64,000 bases of DNA from Candidatus Omnitrophota bacterium (GTDB taxonomy: Bacteria; Omnitrophota; Gorgyraeia; Tantalellales; Tantalellaceae). A model generated the notes under the pieces. That model was not told where the DNA came from. It was given only the letters and a program-made list of their open reading frames with translations, and made no database searches. This document shows, piece after piece, positions 17,980 to 28,864 of the stretch (positions within the stretch are counted from its first letter, which is position 1; each line of letters starts with the position of its first letter). The stretch is taken from assembly GCA_041667545.1 (NCBI GenBank), contig JBAYES010000003.1, forward strand, positions 2,467 to 66,466. The letters run 5' to 3'. Both the position numbers and the translations under genes were made by a program.

Positions 17980-20900
17980 CTAATCCCAAGCAAGACTTAC
18001 TCCATGCAGTTTTACATCTTTGTTATTATGCGTTGTCAGCTTATATCTCACGTTATTATCCGCGCCCTGCCCGGACACATCAGCAACCGCATGCAAGATC
18101 CTTTTCCCTGTGCCGTAATCCCCTTCGTCTGAAAGATCCATATCTTCCCAAGTCGCTCCGTCATCACGCGAAACATATGCTTTTAAATCCGTATTAAGCG
18201 CGATACTCTCAACATCTTCTTCCTGCATAACTATACGCACGGTGTCCGGATTTTCTTCGGCTGGGAATTGAGCGCTTTTAAGTTCCATATTTTCAGGTGT
18301 GCCTTCATCGTATTCCGATGTAAGCGGAGTGAATGAAGCTGTATGCCTCGCTATGCCTTTAGAGATCCTGAGTTCATCCATACAACCCTTTAACCCGTAT
18401 CTTCTAGCGGAATAGGTTTCGTTACCGATCGTGACATTTGACGATGCCTGTATGTCGATCGCGCAGGTACCTGAATACACCAATGACCCGTTAATAAATA
18501 TGTGGAGCTGATTCGTTCCTGTCCCTGCCCGGCATACCTCTATGTGATACCATTCTCCGAAGATCAAAGGTAAAGTTGTCGTGTAATTCGTATCAACGAT
18601 ATACACCTGTATATAGTTTGTCGAAGTTTTACGAATCGTCCACGATACTCCGCCGCTATCGTAATTACTGACTAAAAAGTGTTCCGTCGCAGTTTCCAAT
18701 GGCTTATACCAGCAATCTATCGAGAAGTTGCCCGTCCCGAACTGGAAATCCGACCCGCCGGGTATTGTCAGATAATCGCTATTAGAAAACCCCTTATACA
18801 CCCCATCCCCAAAGACCGATACCCAGTCAAGCTTGGATGTACCTACACAAACAACACTGTACCCATTGGCACTCTCATCTATTATGATGCGATTTCGATA
18901 ATCTTCTGTAAATCGACAAACAACATCAGCATTGCGGGTTACCGTATGTCCGGTATTTCCATCATCGCTAAAAATGTTGCCGTTCGTATCATTAGGTGTA
19001 CCTTCAAAATGCATGAGTAGCTTGGTGTTTGAATCAGAAACAAAAGCTGTTGTCGGTGGTATAAAATTTGACGTATATCTCGCTGTGTTTGAGATCCTCA
19101 ATTCTCGCATCCACCCTTTACAGTTAGCTCCGCCACCACCCACTTCTCCAATTTTCACTAATAATGTTCCAGTAATATTTTTACTATTAGTTCCTGTAGC
19201 AGTAGCATTGCTCTGAACTCCGTTTATAAACATACGCAGATTACCGCTACTATCTCTGCATGTAGCAAAGTGATACCACATACCCGGGATCGGAGTAAAA
19301 CCTAACCCTTGATATTCAGTTGTGTTGAGATACGTATGAAACCCCGCAGTTCCGCCTCCATCATATATTGACATCCTGATCCCTGTTCCTGTTCCGCCAG
19401 AACCGATATCAACCATGCATGTGCCTCCTGCCGCCCCATCCCACTTAAAAAAACCCTCGATAGTGAAAGCCCCAGTTCCAAAATCCCAATCCGCATGGTC
19501 TGGTACTGAAAGCCAACAATCACTTGTTCCGTCAAAATATGCACTACTCCCTAAGGGATTATTTAAATCTTCAGGGGCATCGAAATTTAATAGCAGTAAA
19601 GTATTGGCGTCTGTCTCATACGGCAATGTCGGAGCTTCATTCTCTCGCACAGTATTCGAAATTCGAAAATATTTGATCCAGCTGTACGTGTGGCTGTTCG
19701 CGATGTTCTCACCGTACCTTAACGCCCCTATACCCACTTTCCCGGTCGGTGATACAGTAGTCGACGAGGTGCTTGATCCTACCAGTTTTTCGTTCAGGTA
19801 TATGCTGTAATTATTACCGTTTCTTATTATCCTTACGCGGTACCATGTGTTCTGGACTAAATACAATCCTGAAGCCGTGCAAAGTGAATACGTACCTCCC
19901 CACCCTATGCTTGAACTACTGATACTTAACCCTAAATATGACGAATCGCTGGTATAGTGAGTAAACGGATATCCTTGCGGCGTCTCGTGGAATAAGATCT
20001 CAAACTCTATTGTATAATTCGAGTTCCAGCATGTCGGCGTCCAGTCGATCTTTAAATAGTCCGAATCCCCGTCAAAGAAACCGGCTGTTTTGTTTAACCT
20101 GACAGGCATTAACGCGGCGTTATTGCTTGGTGTAACCGTTTGCCCGCTACTTGACACGTCAACAAAACCCGCGTCCGCGGAATAAAACTCAAGCCAAGAT
20201 AAATGCCCTTCGTCCGCTGTCTGTATCGATGAAAAACTGAATCTGTAATACCGATACGAGGTGCTGTTTGAAAATGAAAAGTATTTCCTCTCGCCCTGAC
20301 TCCAAGTGACCGACCGGGAATCAAGCGTGGCCCAGTTCGATCCGTCATTTGATCCTTGAAAAGTCCACGCATTGAATGTTCTGGCATAATAACTGTCGTT
20401 CTCTGATCCAAGACAATACCCTTTCAATACTTTCGTGATCCCGACACCGAAATCATATGTTAAGGTTTGGTTTGGGCCCTGATGAGCCTGATCTCCCCAA
20501 TAAGTCACTGAATTCTTGTCCAGAAGTTTGTCCGTATTGTACGCGCCTGACACGGTAAGTGAAGACGAAAAGTTACCCTGATACAAAATTTCTCCGGCCC
20601 CGTTAAAATGCATTAAGAGTTTCACATAACTATCCAACCCGCCTCCGCTTTTCAGCGGAGATACAACCCCATCATTAAGGGAATAATTGGAGCTTCCGCC
20701 TGAGTCTATTCCTGAACTATCCTCAAACGAATCCACTATGCCGTCGATCATGCCGAATTTTGATAAGCTTTCATTGCTGGCTATCTTGAAAAACGCGATC
20801 ATGATGTTGCCTTCGATACGATCGGCAAGTTTAAGCCTGCTGTTGACATATTTGATCGTGAAATCATCCACCGAATCACTCAAATCCGTTTCTTTGGGTA

Positions 20901-21399
20901 TCATATATAGCGGCCTTACATCCTGATATATGTACCCATCGTCCTCGTTGGCATCCTTGTCCTCAAAATTAACTATTTTTGTCATTGTCGTTCTGCAATA
21001 AACCGTGCATACGGCTATCGCCTCGTCCGGTAAGCCGCTCCATTTCGCTAAAGGCGTTATGTCTTCATCACCCGAAACCCACGCGAGATTCCCGGCACTA
21101 TTCAAGTACAGGATATCAATCCGGGCATATTCTGCCGGAGCAGTTATTCCCGGAGAATCCCCGCCTTCAAAAACGACGGGTTCTCCGTTACGGTGGATCT
21201 GGTTAAAATAATTTTCGACACTGCTGGAAGCCACATTCACTGTCATATCAGCCGTATCCTGCGCTCTTGCCCTTAACGCGGATACGTCTCCCTGAAATAA
21301 AGCGCTCAGCGCATTCCTGATATCGCTTGAAACCGGAGATCCGCCTGATACCGGTTTTGTGCTTTCGTTCCCTACCGCCGGAAATATAGCTTTTGCCAT
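17980..21399 (-). CDS. tail fibre / receptor-binding protein with discoidin (F5/8 type C)-like and concanavalin-A-like (LamG) lectin domains
   Basis: 1139 aa. Segment QTLTYDFGVGITKVLKGYCLGSENDSYYARTFNAWTFQGSNDGSNWATLD is discoidin-like. Repeated LamG-like segments are present. Position is immediately after the J-like gene. Confidence 0.55.
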   Translation of the reverse strand: MAKAIFPAVGNESTKPVSGGSPVSSDIRNALSALFQGDVSALRARAQDTADMTVNVASSSVENYFNQIHRNGEPVVFEGGDSPGITAPAEYARIDILYLNSAGNLAWVSGDEDITPLAKWSGLPDEAIAVCTVYCRTTMTKIVNFEDKDANEDDGYIYQDVRPLYMIPKETDLSDSVDDFTIKYVNSRLKLADRIEGNIMIAFFKIASNESLSKFGMIDGIVDSFEDSSGIDSGGSSNYSLNDGVVSPLKSGGGLDSYVKLLMHFNGAGEILYQGNFSSSLTVSGAYNTDKLLDKNSVTYWGDQAHQGPNQTLTYDFGVGITKVLKGYCLGSENDSYYARTFNAWTFQGSNDGSNWATLDSRSVTWSQGERKYFSFSNSTSYRYYRFSFSSIQTADEGHLSWLEFYSADAGFVDVSSSGQTVTPSNNAALMPVRLNKTAGFFDGDSDYLKIDWTPTCWNSNYTIEFEILFHETPQGYPFTHYTSDSSYLGLSISSSSIGWGGTYSLCTASGLYLVQNTWYRVRIIRNGNNYSIYLNEKLVGSSTSSTTVSPTGKVGIGALRYGENIANSHTYSWIKYFRISNTVRENEAPTLPYETDANTLLLLNFDAPEDLNNPLGSSAYFDGTSDCWLSVPDHADWDFGTGAFTIEGFFKWDGAAGGTCMVDIGSGGTGTGIRMSIYDGGGTAGFHTYLNTTEYQGLGFTPIPGMWYHFATCRDSSGNLRMFINGVQSNATATGTNSKNITGTLLVKIGEVGGGGANCKGWMRELRISNTARYTSNFIPPTTAFVSDSNTKLLMHFEGTPNDTNGNIFSDDGNTGHTVTRNADVVCRFTEDYRNRIIIDESANGYSVVCVGTSKLDWVSVFGDGVYKGFSNSDYLTIPGGSDFQFGTGNFSIDCWYKPLETATEHFLVSNYDSGGVSWTIRKTSTNYIQVYIVDTNYTTTLPLIFGEWYHIEVCRAGTGTNQLHIFINGSLVYSGTCAIDIQASSNVTIGNETYSARRYGLKGCMDELRISKGIARHTASFTPLTSEYDEGTPENMELKSAQFPAEENPDTVRIVMQEEDVESIALNTDLKAYVSRDDGATWEDMDLSDEGDYGTGKRILHAVADVSGQGADNNVRYKLTTHNNKDVKLHGVSLAWD

Positions 21400-21408
21400 A
21401 AAATCACC

Positions 21409-24400
21409 TCAATATCCTTTCGCGTAATAATTGATTTTCCCGGAAGCCTGCGCCATAGCGTTCGCCGGGTCTTTTAACCTCACATCGAATCCTGCCGGTA
21501 AGCTGTCCTGATCGACTTCAACCACATATGCCGATCCTGAACACACTACAAGCAGACCTTTAACCTTTATGAAATTATCGAAACTCACTGTCGTCCAGCC
21601 CTCACCCGATACGTCTATATCCAACCCTTCCTGCGTCCTGTCATCCACGTCGAACGTAACAAACAATCGATATAGCGCAAGCAGGTAACTCTCATTATTG
21701 CTTTTCATGATCAATTTAAATCTGAAATACCTGCCTGAGTACCTGCCTGTAGAGAAACTTTCCCAGTTATCCGGTTCCGGGTCCGTATCGGAATAAGCTA
21801 TATAGATCTGAACAGATCCACCGGTTTCGTTAAATATCCCTGTCTGTATAGCAATATTAGATTCCAGTATCCCGCCAAGATCGGATGCTTTTGAGATGTA
21901 TACGGCCTCGTCACCTTCCACTGGTTCATCCCACGTAACTCCCAATTCGTCCCAAAAAGCGGGATCAGTATCCCATTTCTGTTCGGCTTCAATCTGTATG
22001 CCTGTTCTGTAATATTCCTCAGAATATCCTTTCATCCATACACGTTCGGCCGGGCCCGTTAAAATACCACCGCTCAGATCATAGTCTTCGGATAAAACGA
22101 TATTCTGTTCGGGCACTCCGGTTACGTATAAACTGAAAATCGTCATCTCTTCCGAATAGTTCCCTGAAGTATCAACCGCTTTAATAGCGTAATGTTTCTG
22201 TCCGGAACTGACGGTAAGAAGATCGTATGATGAGCCGGTTATGTTTTCGGCGATGATCGTGCCAAGCGCCCAATCCGCGCCTGAAAAAGGAAGTTGCCTT
22301 AACTCATATCCCCTGAGATCCGGATCCATGACTTCTGTCCATGAAAAATGCAAATAGTCTCCGGCGAAGGAAACCGAGAAACCGCTGACATCACCCGGAG
22401 GCGCGCTTTTACCTTCAAGGACGATGTTGCCCTGCGGGCTGTCTCCGATACTGTTCTGCCCTCCGATATCCGATATCGACACAACCGCTACTTTTACACT
22501 ATCGCCTTCCAACAAATCACCCATTACGGTATGCTTTGTTCCCGTACTCGTTCCCCTCAAAGCCCAAGTCAATCCGCCGTCTTTCGATGTGAATATCCTT
22601 ACTCCCGCGAAATTCTTCAGGTCATACCCGGACACGTCCGGATTGTTCCATGAAACACCGATAGTGCTTTCTACCGTACCGTCACCCAAAACTTTTATTT
22701 CTTCATGTAGCTTTAAATCCGTAACGTTCGGAATATCCCCGGCAAATCCTGAATAGTTATTACTCGGAAGGACTACCGTGGAATCGTCATAAACTGCCTC
22801 ATCGTATTCGACTGCCGCGATCATCACTTCGTTTTTCGAATCTCTTTGCATCGATAACGCGCGGTAAGGTTTTACTACCTTATTGTTTTCACCAAAAGCA
22901 TAGGTATCGTATTCCCGCGGGGCTTCGCTGAACGGAGCTGATACCGAGATTTCTGAATATACTCCTTCACCATTTGAAACTGTCCGTTCCTCGATAACGC
23001 CGGAGGCGAACTGCACCCGGATCTTGTATGTCTTACCCGGTGCAACCGCCACCTCCCTGTCCAGCTTAACTAAAGATATCGTCGAACCGGACGATATCCT
23101 GCCTGAATACCCATATTGCGGCAGATCATGCGAAATACCCAGAATATCCGCGCTCTGAAGAGTTACGGCGTCTATCCCCGCTTTGAATTGGACGGAGCTG
23201 TTTATTATCCGGCTACGGTTCAGTATGTACCTGCCTTCTCTAATGGCATATGAGGTTCTTGTCGTTAAAAGCCTTATTCCCTGCTTACGTAACGGTTCTC
23301 CTTTTGATAAAGATTCTTCATTGATAACCGCGATAGTTTCGTTCTTATACCCTTTATCTTTATCCATATACTGAACTTCGATCACGTTGGGCATATCTTT
23401 GCGGGACTTCCATTCCTGAATAAACGAATTTTCTACTATCGATCCCATGCCGAACATTTGCACCATGCTGTCGGGCTTATCTATCTTGACCTTTATCTTT
23501 CCTTCCGAGAAAAATGCCATGCCCCTGAAAACCCCGCAGATCTGATTAACTAAGTCGAGCGCCCTTGATGTGCCGTCGATAACCGCGTCTATCCTGAACC
23601 GTTTCTCATAGTAAGTTGATCCATCGCTATCCGTGACCTCCAGTTTCTCCTCACAGTATCGCGACATCTCAAGATACAGATCATCATCGATATCTGCGCT
23701 TTCGATATATTCCCCTAACCCGTAGATATTGTTTGTTAATAGATCTTTCATGCAAAATACGGGATTCGCGGAATACATGTTTATATACGTTTCGCCGTCC
23801 CAAGAAAGTTCCGTATCGTCCGCCAATAACCTGTATTTTCCGGATACCTTGTCCCAGTAGTAGTCTTCCCACTCGACAACATCGTCCCCGTTCTTTATTT
23901 CCGGCACGCTGATCTTTTTGCCCTTCACAAGAGCCGTTATTGTGGGCGTGCTTCCCGAGATCTGATCGGTCGCCAGAAACCTCACTCCTAAAAGCGCCGT
24001 ATTCGGGTAAATCAGGTCATCTGTCGTAATTTCATCGATGCGCTGTAAATACATTTCATTGATATGTTTCGCGTTGTCACCGTCTTCGCTTGTTTTGGTT
24101 ACACGGATATCGTATTGCCCGGGAGCTAGTCCTTCTACCCTGTAAACCCGTTTAACGCTGGAACGCGTTTCTTCCGTTATCGACTCCTCCGCGAGTTCCG
24201 TCCATTCGGATGCCGCGTGAAGTTTGTAATCAACTTTGTATTTTGCCGTTTCAGAATAAACTCCGCCGTTATTACCCTGTTCATACAAACCGTATGGGAA
24301 ATTAAGCTGTACTTCTACCGCTTCAACTTCCACATCGGAAGTTGTATAAACGTACGGAGTATCAAAACTCAATTTCGCGCCGATATCAAAACTCTGGTGC

Positions 24401-25068
24401 AGGTCTTCGAACGCCGGGATTATCTCCTGATCATTCAGGCCATAGCGTTTATACACATCAACCCCGTAAAAATTCTCTATCGGATTATCGTTGATCTTTA
24501 TGCTCTCGATGCTGTCTATCTCACCGTTACATAAACCCAATAGAACATTGAGATAGTTCTTCTCTCCGTCGTTCCACACAAATTGATTTATGATATTACC
24601 GCCGCATCTATGCTCACCGTAGATGATCGGTATCGGCACGCTCACATCCGAAAGCGTGCGTATACCGTCCCACGCGTATGTCGGTGAACTGTCTTCGAAA
24701 GTATCTGTTCCGGTACTTCCGAAACTCGGCATTTTGGGTTTATTGGCCGCCTGAAGGGCGTAACTGACTCCCGCGATAGCGATCACGCCTATAAGCGCGG
24801 CATTACTCGCGAGGAATGAGAAGATAGCGACAACCGCGGCCCCTATTGCCGCTTTGATTTCATGTACTATAAGTATTTCGTCGCCGTCAGAAACCTGAAC
24901 GGTGTAATTATTTAACTTTTTTCCGTTATGGATTACCCCGCATCCTTGAGAAGAAAAACCTGAACAGTTCAAACAATCGGATACAGTCATACCGCCGGTA
25001 TAAACTATTTCGTTTGTCTGCCTGTTCTTCTTCTCCAAAACATTCGGGATATATACAACCCTTATCAT
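21409..25068 (-). CDS. fused tail assembly protein I (ubiquitin-like plus TM) / host specificity protein J (central tail fibre)
   Basis: N-terminus is gpI-like (IVYTGGMTVSD...GDEILIVHEIKAAIGAAVVAIF). Remainder is a 1100-aa J-like protein with FN3-type repeats. Position follows the K and L genes. Confidence 0.6.
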   Translation of the reverse strand: MIRVVYIPNVLEKKNRQTNEIVYTGGMTVSDCLNCSGFSSQGCGVIHNGKKLNNYTVQVSDGDEILIVHEIKAAIGAAVVAIFSFLASNAALIGVIAIAGVSYALQAANKPKMPSFGSTGTDTFEDSSPTYAWDGIRTLSDVSVPIPIIYGEHRCGGNIINQFVWNDGEKNYLNVLLGLCNGEIDSIESIKINDNPIENFYGVDVYKRYGLNDQEIIPAFEDLHQSFDIGAKLSFDTPYVYTTSDVEVEAVEVQLNFPYGLYEQGNNGGVYSETAKYKVDYKLHAASEWTELAEESITEETRSSVKRVYRVEGLAPGQYDIRVTKTSEDGDNAKHINEMYLQRIDEITTDDLIYPNTALLGVRFLATDQISGSTPTITALVKGKKISVPEIKNGDDVVEWEDYYWDKVSGKYRLLADDTELSWDGETYINMYSANPVFCMKDLLTNNIYGLGEYIESADIDDDLYLEMSRYCEEKLEVTDSDGSTYYEKRFRIDAVIDGTSRALDLVNQICGVFRGMAFFSEGKIKVKIDKPDSMVQMFGMGSIVENSFIQEWKSRKDMPNVIEVQYMDKDKGYKNETIAVINEESLSKGEPLRKQGIRLLTTRTSYAIREGRYILNRSRIINSSVQFKAGIDAVTLQSADILGISHDLPQYGYSGRISSGSTISLVKLDREVAVAPGKTYKIRVQFASGVIEERTVSNGEGVYSEISVSAPFSEAPREYDTYAFGENNKVVKPYRALSMQRDSKNEVMIAAVEYDEAVYDDSTVVLPSNNYSGFAGDIPNVTDLKLHEEIKVLGDGTVESTIGVSWNNPDVSGYDLKNFAGVRIFTSKDGGLTWALRGTSTGTKHTVMGDLLEGDSVKVAVVSISDIGGQNSIGDSPQGNIVLEGKSAPPGDVSGFSVSFAGDYLHFSWTEVMDPDLRGYELRQLPFSGADWALGTIIAENITGSSYDLLTVSSGQKHYAIKAVDTSGNYSEEMTIFSLYVTGVPEQNIVLSEDYDLSGGILTGPAERVWMKGYSEEYYRTGIQIEAEQKWDTDPAFWDELGVTWDEPVEGDEAVYISKASDLGGILESNIAIQTGIFNETGGSVQIYIAYSDTDPEPDNWESFSTGRYSGRYFRFKLIMKSNNESYLLALYRLFVTFDVDDRTQEGLDIDVSGEGWTTVSFDNFIKVKGLLVVCSGSAYVVEVDQDSLPAGFDVRLKDPANAMAQASGKINYYAKGY

Positions 25069-25478
25069 TTCGGCATCCTTTTCAATCTATAAAAACCGTG
25101 GATCTTTTGTTTCCATGTTTTATCGTTCAAACCTGAAACCACCGTACCCGCCCGGCACGTATGAATAAATTTATTGCCGCTAAGTATTACTCCCGCGTGA
25201 TCGCATATACCCTGTTTATTTTTGAATAGAACTCCGTCAAACTTTTCGGGGCTGGTTACTTCTTCCCATTCCTTATGGTAGTTTTCGATAAAGTAGTTAT
25301 TCCCGCCGCGCGGCCAGTCAGAAGGATATCTGTCCTCCGCTATATCGAACAGCTGATACCCCAGATCCTTATAAACGTTTTTCACTAGACCCCAGCAATC
25401 AAGTCCCGACATGCCGCGACCGCCGTGCCGGTACGGTACGCCTATATATTTCTCTATGATCATTTTTTCTGTCATCAT
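25065..25478 (-). CDS. tail assembly protein K-like NlpC/P60 peptidase
   Basis: Catalytic triad context GLDCWGLV...DHAGVIL...FIH. Confidence 0.6.
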   Translation of the reverse strand: MMTEKMIIEKYIGVPYRHGGRGMSGLDCWGLVKNVYKDLGYQLFDIAEDRYPSDWPRGGNNYFIENYHKEWEEVTSPEKFDGVLFKNKQGICDHAGVILSGNKFIHTCRAGTVVSGLNDKTWKQKIHGFYRLKRMPK

Positions 25479-26089
25479 CTGACAAATATCCTTGATGTCG
25501 GTATCGAGGGAAACCCACCAAACCGTAACGTATTATTTAACGCGCGGCATCTCTGCAAAGTTTTATTGCATTCCGTCTCCGGCCCCGTATAGCCGCACTC
25601 TTCGCTTTTAAATTTCCATGAACAATAATTGCGGGAATAAGTTCTCCCGGGCAGGTTAAGCGATAACACATCGAATTTTCCGGTAAGCTCAAAAACGGCG
25701 TCTTGCTGGTTGGCCTGATAACTGTCTATGTAATAAACGTCCTCAATATAAGCATCCGTATCGTCTAATTTATCCGCGAATACTAATTTGATAGTGACCT
25801 TGAGGCCCCTAAGGTCATACACCATTAAATACGATTGTATAAGCCTCGACACATTGCCCAAAGTCACTTTAACCGCGTTTATACTTCCCTGCGCGTTATC
25901 TCCTATAAAATCACATCTTACAGGGAATCTGGTGTACTCCACACCGGCATAGGTGATATTTTCATCGTAATCGCAGAAATTCAGGTTCTCACCCACCGCG
26001 CCCGTATAATCGTGTATTGTAAAAAGAAGTATGGGCCTATTCGCCTGTTTTGATTTCTCGTTTATGAACCCGTCGCCTGACGATCTCAT
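25475..26089 (-). CDS. minor tail protein L (lambda gpL-like, C-terminal Cys cluster)
   Basis: Gene order M-L-K-I-J. C-terminal cluster CSWKFKSEECGYTGPETECNKTLQRC. Confidence 0.55.
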   Translation of the reverse strand: MRSSGDGFINEKSKQANRPILLFTIHDYTGAVGENLNFCDYDENITYAGVEYTRFPVRCDFIGDNAQGSINAVKVTLGNVSRLIQSYLMVYDLRGLKVTIKLVFADKLDDTDAYIEDVYYIDSYQANQQDAVFELTGKFDVLSLNLPGRTYSRNYCSWKFKSEECGYTGPETECNKTLQRCRALNNTLRFGGFPSIPTSRIFVR

Positions 26090-26427
26090 TATTTAACCTC
26101 CACAAAAGTGAACGAACAGTCGTATATACCCGGCGCCTTGTTCGAAAAAACAAAATTATCGTTATCAAACCTGACGGAATATTCAATACTGTCGTTGGGA
26201 TTTACCCAATCGAACTCTTCGTAAGCACCTTTGCGGGCGGCATAAAACGCCTTGATACTATTTAATTCCGAGAGGGTTCTATTGTGAAACTGTAATGTCC
26301 ACTTCCTGATCGGAGTATTTCGCTTAGACCGGCGCTGTTCCACGCCATTCTCAAATTTAGTGATCAGCGTTTCGAATTCGATGTTTTCTTCAAAAACGAA
26401 ATCAGGTAATATCTCAAATGCCGCCAC
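26089..26427 (-). CDS. minor tail protein M (lambda gpM-like)
   Basis: 112 aa, immediately downstream of the tape measure gene. Confidence 0.5.
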   Translation of the reverse strand: MAAFEILPDFVFEENIEFETLITKFENGVEQRRSKRNTPIRKWTLQFHNRTLSELNSIKAFYAARKGAYEEFDWVNPNDSIEYSVRFDNDNFVFSNKAPGIYDCSFTFVEVK

Positions 26428-26439
26428 GTTGCCTCCTCG

Positions 26440-28101
26440 TTACGCGTACTGCCTTAACGCTTTTCTGAAATTGCCGTTAGTCTCCAGCTCTTTCGCTACC
26501 GCGTCAGATAGGGTTCTTCTATTACGCCACACATCCTGAGCGTCCCACGCTTGTATAACCTGATTCACGTTTACCGTAATATTCGTTCCCGAGAAGCCTT
26601 CCCCTCTATTAATAGCCCGCAGATTATCGGATCCGCCGATATTCCTCATGCCCCGCCTTGAAAGTATCCCTTCTCCTGTTTGCGCTATTATTGGAACTTC
26701 ATCCGGAGCTAATCCCTGATGCGCTCTGATAATGCCGCCGTTATGGTACTTTCTGACAACACCGCCTGAATGAAATATTTGTCCGACAGGGATACCGAAT
26801 ATTGATCCGCCCGCTCCAGCCAACGCGCTGAACATTTTTATAAGCAATATTTTCGCTATGATATTCGATATCATCTGGAGCATCGCTCGCGTGAATTCGC
26901 TGAATATATCTTTGACACTTTTCAATTCGCCGGTAAACACCTGAAAGAAAAACTGGCTGAACGCGTTTTGCATATTACGCGCTGATTGTTTAGCGAATTC
27001 TTCCATCGCGTTAAATGAGCTATTTATATTTTTTGCTTGTTTAACAACTTGACCGGCGACATTTTTCAGAACTTCAGATGTCTTCGTTCCGGAATCTCTC
27101 ACTTTGGCAAATACCAGTTCGTACTGTTCCACCGCCTTTTGAGCACTATCCATTGATGCTAACTCGAAAGCCTCTCTATTTATATTCATGCTCTCAGATA
27201 GCCGCTGGATAGCCTCACTGGCTCCTCTATATGTTTCTCCCAAGGTACCGGGCAACTTACTTAAGAGATCATAAAACTTTTGCAATGGAACAAGTAACTT
27301 CTGGAATACGATTATTCCTATTTCCATTAACTTGAAAAACCCGGAATATACCTGTTCCAGAAATCCCTGAAAAAGCCCCAGTACATGCCATAATGCCTGA
27401 CCTACCTGAACGGAAAAGTCAGCCCATCCGGCTTTTAGTTTCTGCATTTTCTCCAAGTTTGTCATTGTTGATGTATCTATCTGCTTGAGTATTTTCTCTC
27501 CTGCCTCAAGCGTCGCGTTTAAAAACGCTTGTTTCCTTTCATGCTCAGTCAGATCCTTAACAGATTTTCCGACACTTGCGGCATACTTTTCGTACGCGTC
27601 ACCAGCGCTCACTATAATCCCCAAATTATCAAGAACAAGTTTTGACTGCCTGCCGACACCGATCGCTATACTCTCAAACATAAACCCGACATCTTTTCCA
27701 AACGCTCTTGCCGATGCTCTTGCGATCTCCATCATTTTCGATAATTTATCCGGATCGATACCCAATATCATCGCCTGTGAAGCTTTTTCCATTATTTGCG
27801 CTGTAGACATCGTTTCCCCTGACATCCGGCGTAAATCCTGTACCATTTTATCCGCGCTTACTCCAAGTGACGTTGCCAGGTTGCTGAACGCCTGCTTTTG
27901 CTGTTCGGCTTTAGCGCCCATTTCCATAAGATCCCATGCTTTACGAAGCGCCATAATGCTTGCCGTAATAGCGGCGGTTATACCAAGCCAGTTCTTTTTC
28001 CATGAATTCGCGAATCTCTGCAGGTTGCCGCGCACGCCTTCAAGACGTTTTGTCGCTTCATCCCGCAAACGCAATATGATCGAGAGTTCTTTATTTGTCA
28101 T
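26440..28101 (-). CDS. tail tape measure protein
   Basis: 553 aa, helical and Ala/Gln-rich. Follows the G/GT chaperone pair. Confidence 0.7.
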   Translation of the reverse strand: MTNKELSIILRLRDEATKRLEGVRGNLQRFANSWKKNWLGITAAITASIMALRKAWDLMEMGAKAEQQKQAFSNLATSLGVSADKMVQDLRRMSGETMSTAQIMEKASQAMILGIDPDKLSKMMEIARASARAFGKDVGFMFESIAIGVGRQSKLVLDNLGIIVSAGDAYEKYAASVGKSVKDLTEHERKQAFLNATLEAGEKILKQIDTSTMTNLEKMQKLKAGWADFSVQVGQALWHVLGLFQGFLEQVYSGFFKLMEIGIIVFQKLLVPLQKFYDLLSKLPGTLGETYRGASEAIQRLSESMNINREAFELASMDSAQKAVEQYELVFAKVRDSGTKTSEVLKNVAGQVVKQAKNINSSFNAMEEFAKQSARNMQNAFSQFFFQVFTGELKSVKDIFSEFTRAMLQMISNIIAKILLIKMFSALAGAGGSIFGIPVGQIFHSGGVVRKYHNGGIIRAHQGLAPDEVPIIAQTGEGILSRRGMRNIGGSDNLRAINRGEGFSGTNITVNVNQVIQAWDAQDVWRNRRTLSDAVAKELETNGNFRKALRQYA

Positions 28102-28421
28102 GTCTTGAACCTTTCAATTCTTTTCTGCCTGTCCGTCTCGATTGACTGTAGTTCCTTTTCGATTACTTCAAACGCGTCGATCATCTTGGCTGACTGGTCT
28201 ATCCATCCGCCCGCGTTCGGCAGATACCCCTCTTTATAAAACTGAAATGCCCTTAAAAAGTTCGCCGACTGTCTTGTGACGATCTTAAAAGGGCATCCTC
28301 TATACTCTGTTCCGTTAAGCTCCCAGACTTCCTGCCCGGGTACGTCATATTCACATTGGATCTTTCTCCCGCTTAAACAGTTTCGGCAGTTCACGGTGAG
28401 GCCGCCCAGATGAACCGCCAC
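28098..28421 (-). CDS. tail assembly chaperone T-extension (expressed as G-T fusion by -1 frameshift)
   Basis: Slippery A-AAA-AAC heptamer at about 28429-28436 (minus strand) at the end of the G gene. The -1 frame reads ...KKLIVAVHLGGLTVNC, matching this ORF. Confidence 0.6.
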   Translation of the reverse strand: MAVHLGGLTVNCRNCLSGRKIQCEYDVPGQEVWELNGTEYRGCPFKIVTRQSANFLRAFQFYKEGYLPNAGGWIDQSAKMIDAFEVIEKELQSIETDRQKRIERFKT

Positions 28422-28423
28422 GA

Positions 28424-28849
28424 TCAGTTTTTTTGCTCACCCTCCGACAGTTTCGATTCGTTCAAAATTACTTCGGCAAGTTCCTGCCTGAGTTCGTTCG
28501 GGAACATTGCAATGATCCTATCCGGAACGACATTTCTCATCTTGCCCGCATAATGAATCGTATCGAACTTTAGCTCAACCGGCTTTTTCGTCTCCGGATC
28601 CAGAAAATTCACAAGACCCTTAAGTCCAAACTTGATCGCCGTGATCTGCCTCTTGTTCCAATTAAGCCTGACCTTGGCCTTATCGTTGGGATTGGTCGAA
28701 CTCATCTCATAGGTACTACTTTCGTCATCCACTTCCGCTCGCAAAACCGGATCCAATAGACCGATATGAAACACGCTCGGGTTCTCTTTGTCCGGATCGA
28801 GTTTTGACACGTATTCACGTGTCGCGTTTACATCAATTCCTGTCAGCAT
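28424..28849 (-). CDS. tail assembly chaperone G
   Basis: Position between major tail and tape measure. Slippery site at its 3' end. Confidence 0.6.
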   Translation of the reverse strand: MLTGIDVNATREYVSKLDPDKENPSVFHIGLLDPVLRAEVDDESSTYEMSSTNPNDKAKVRLNWNKRQITAIKFGLKGLVNFLDPETKKPVELKFDTIHYAGKMRNVVPDRIIAMFPNELRQELAEVILNESKLSEGEQKN

Positions 28850-28864
28850 GAATATCCCTCCTGT

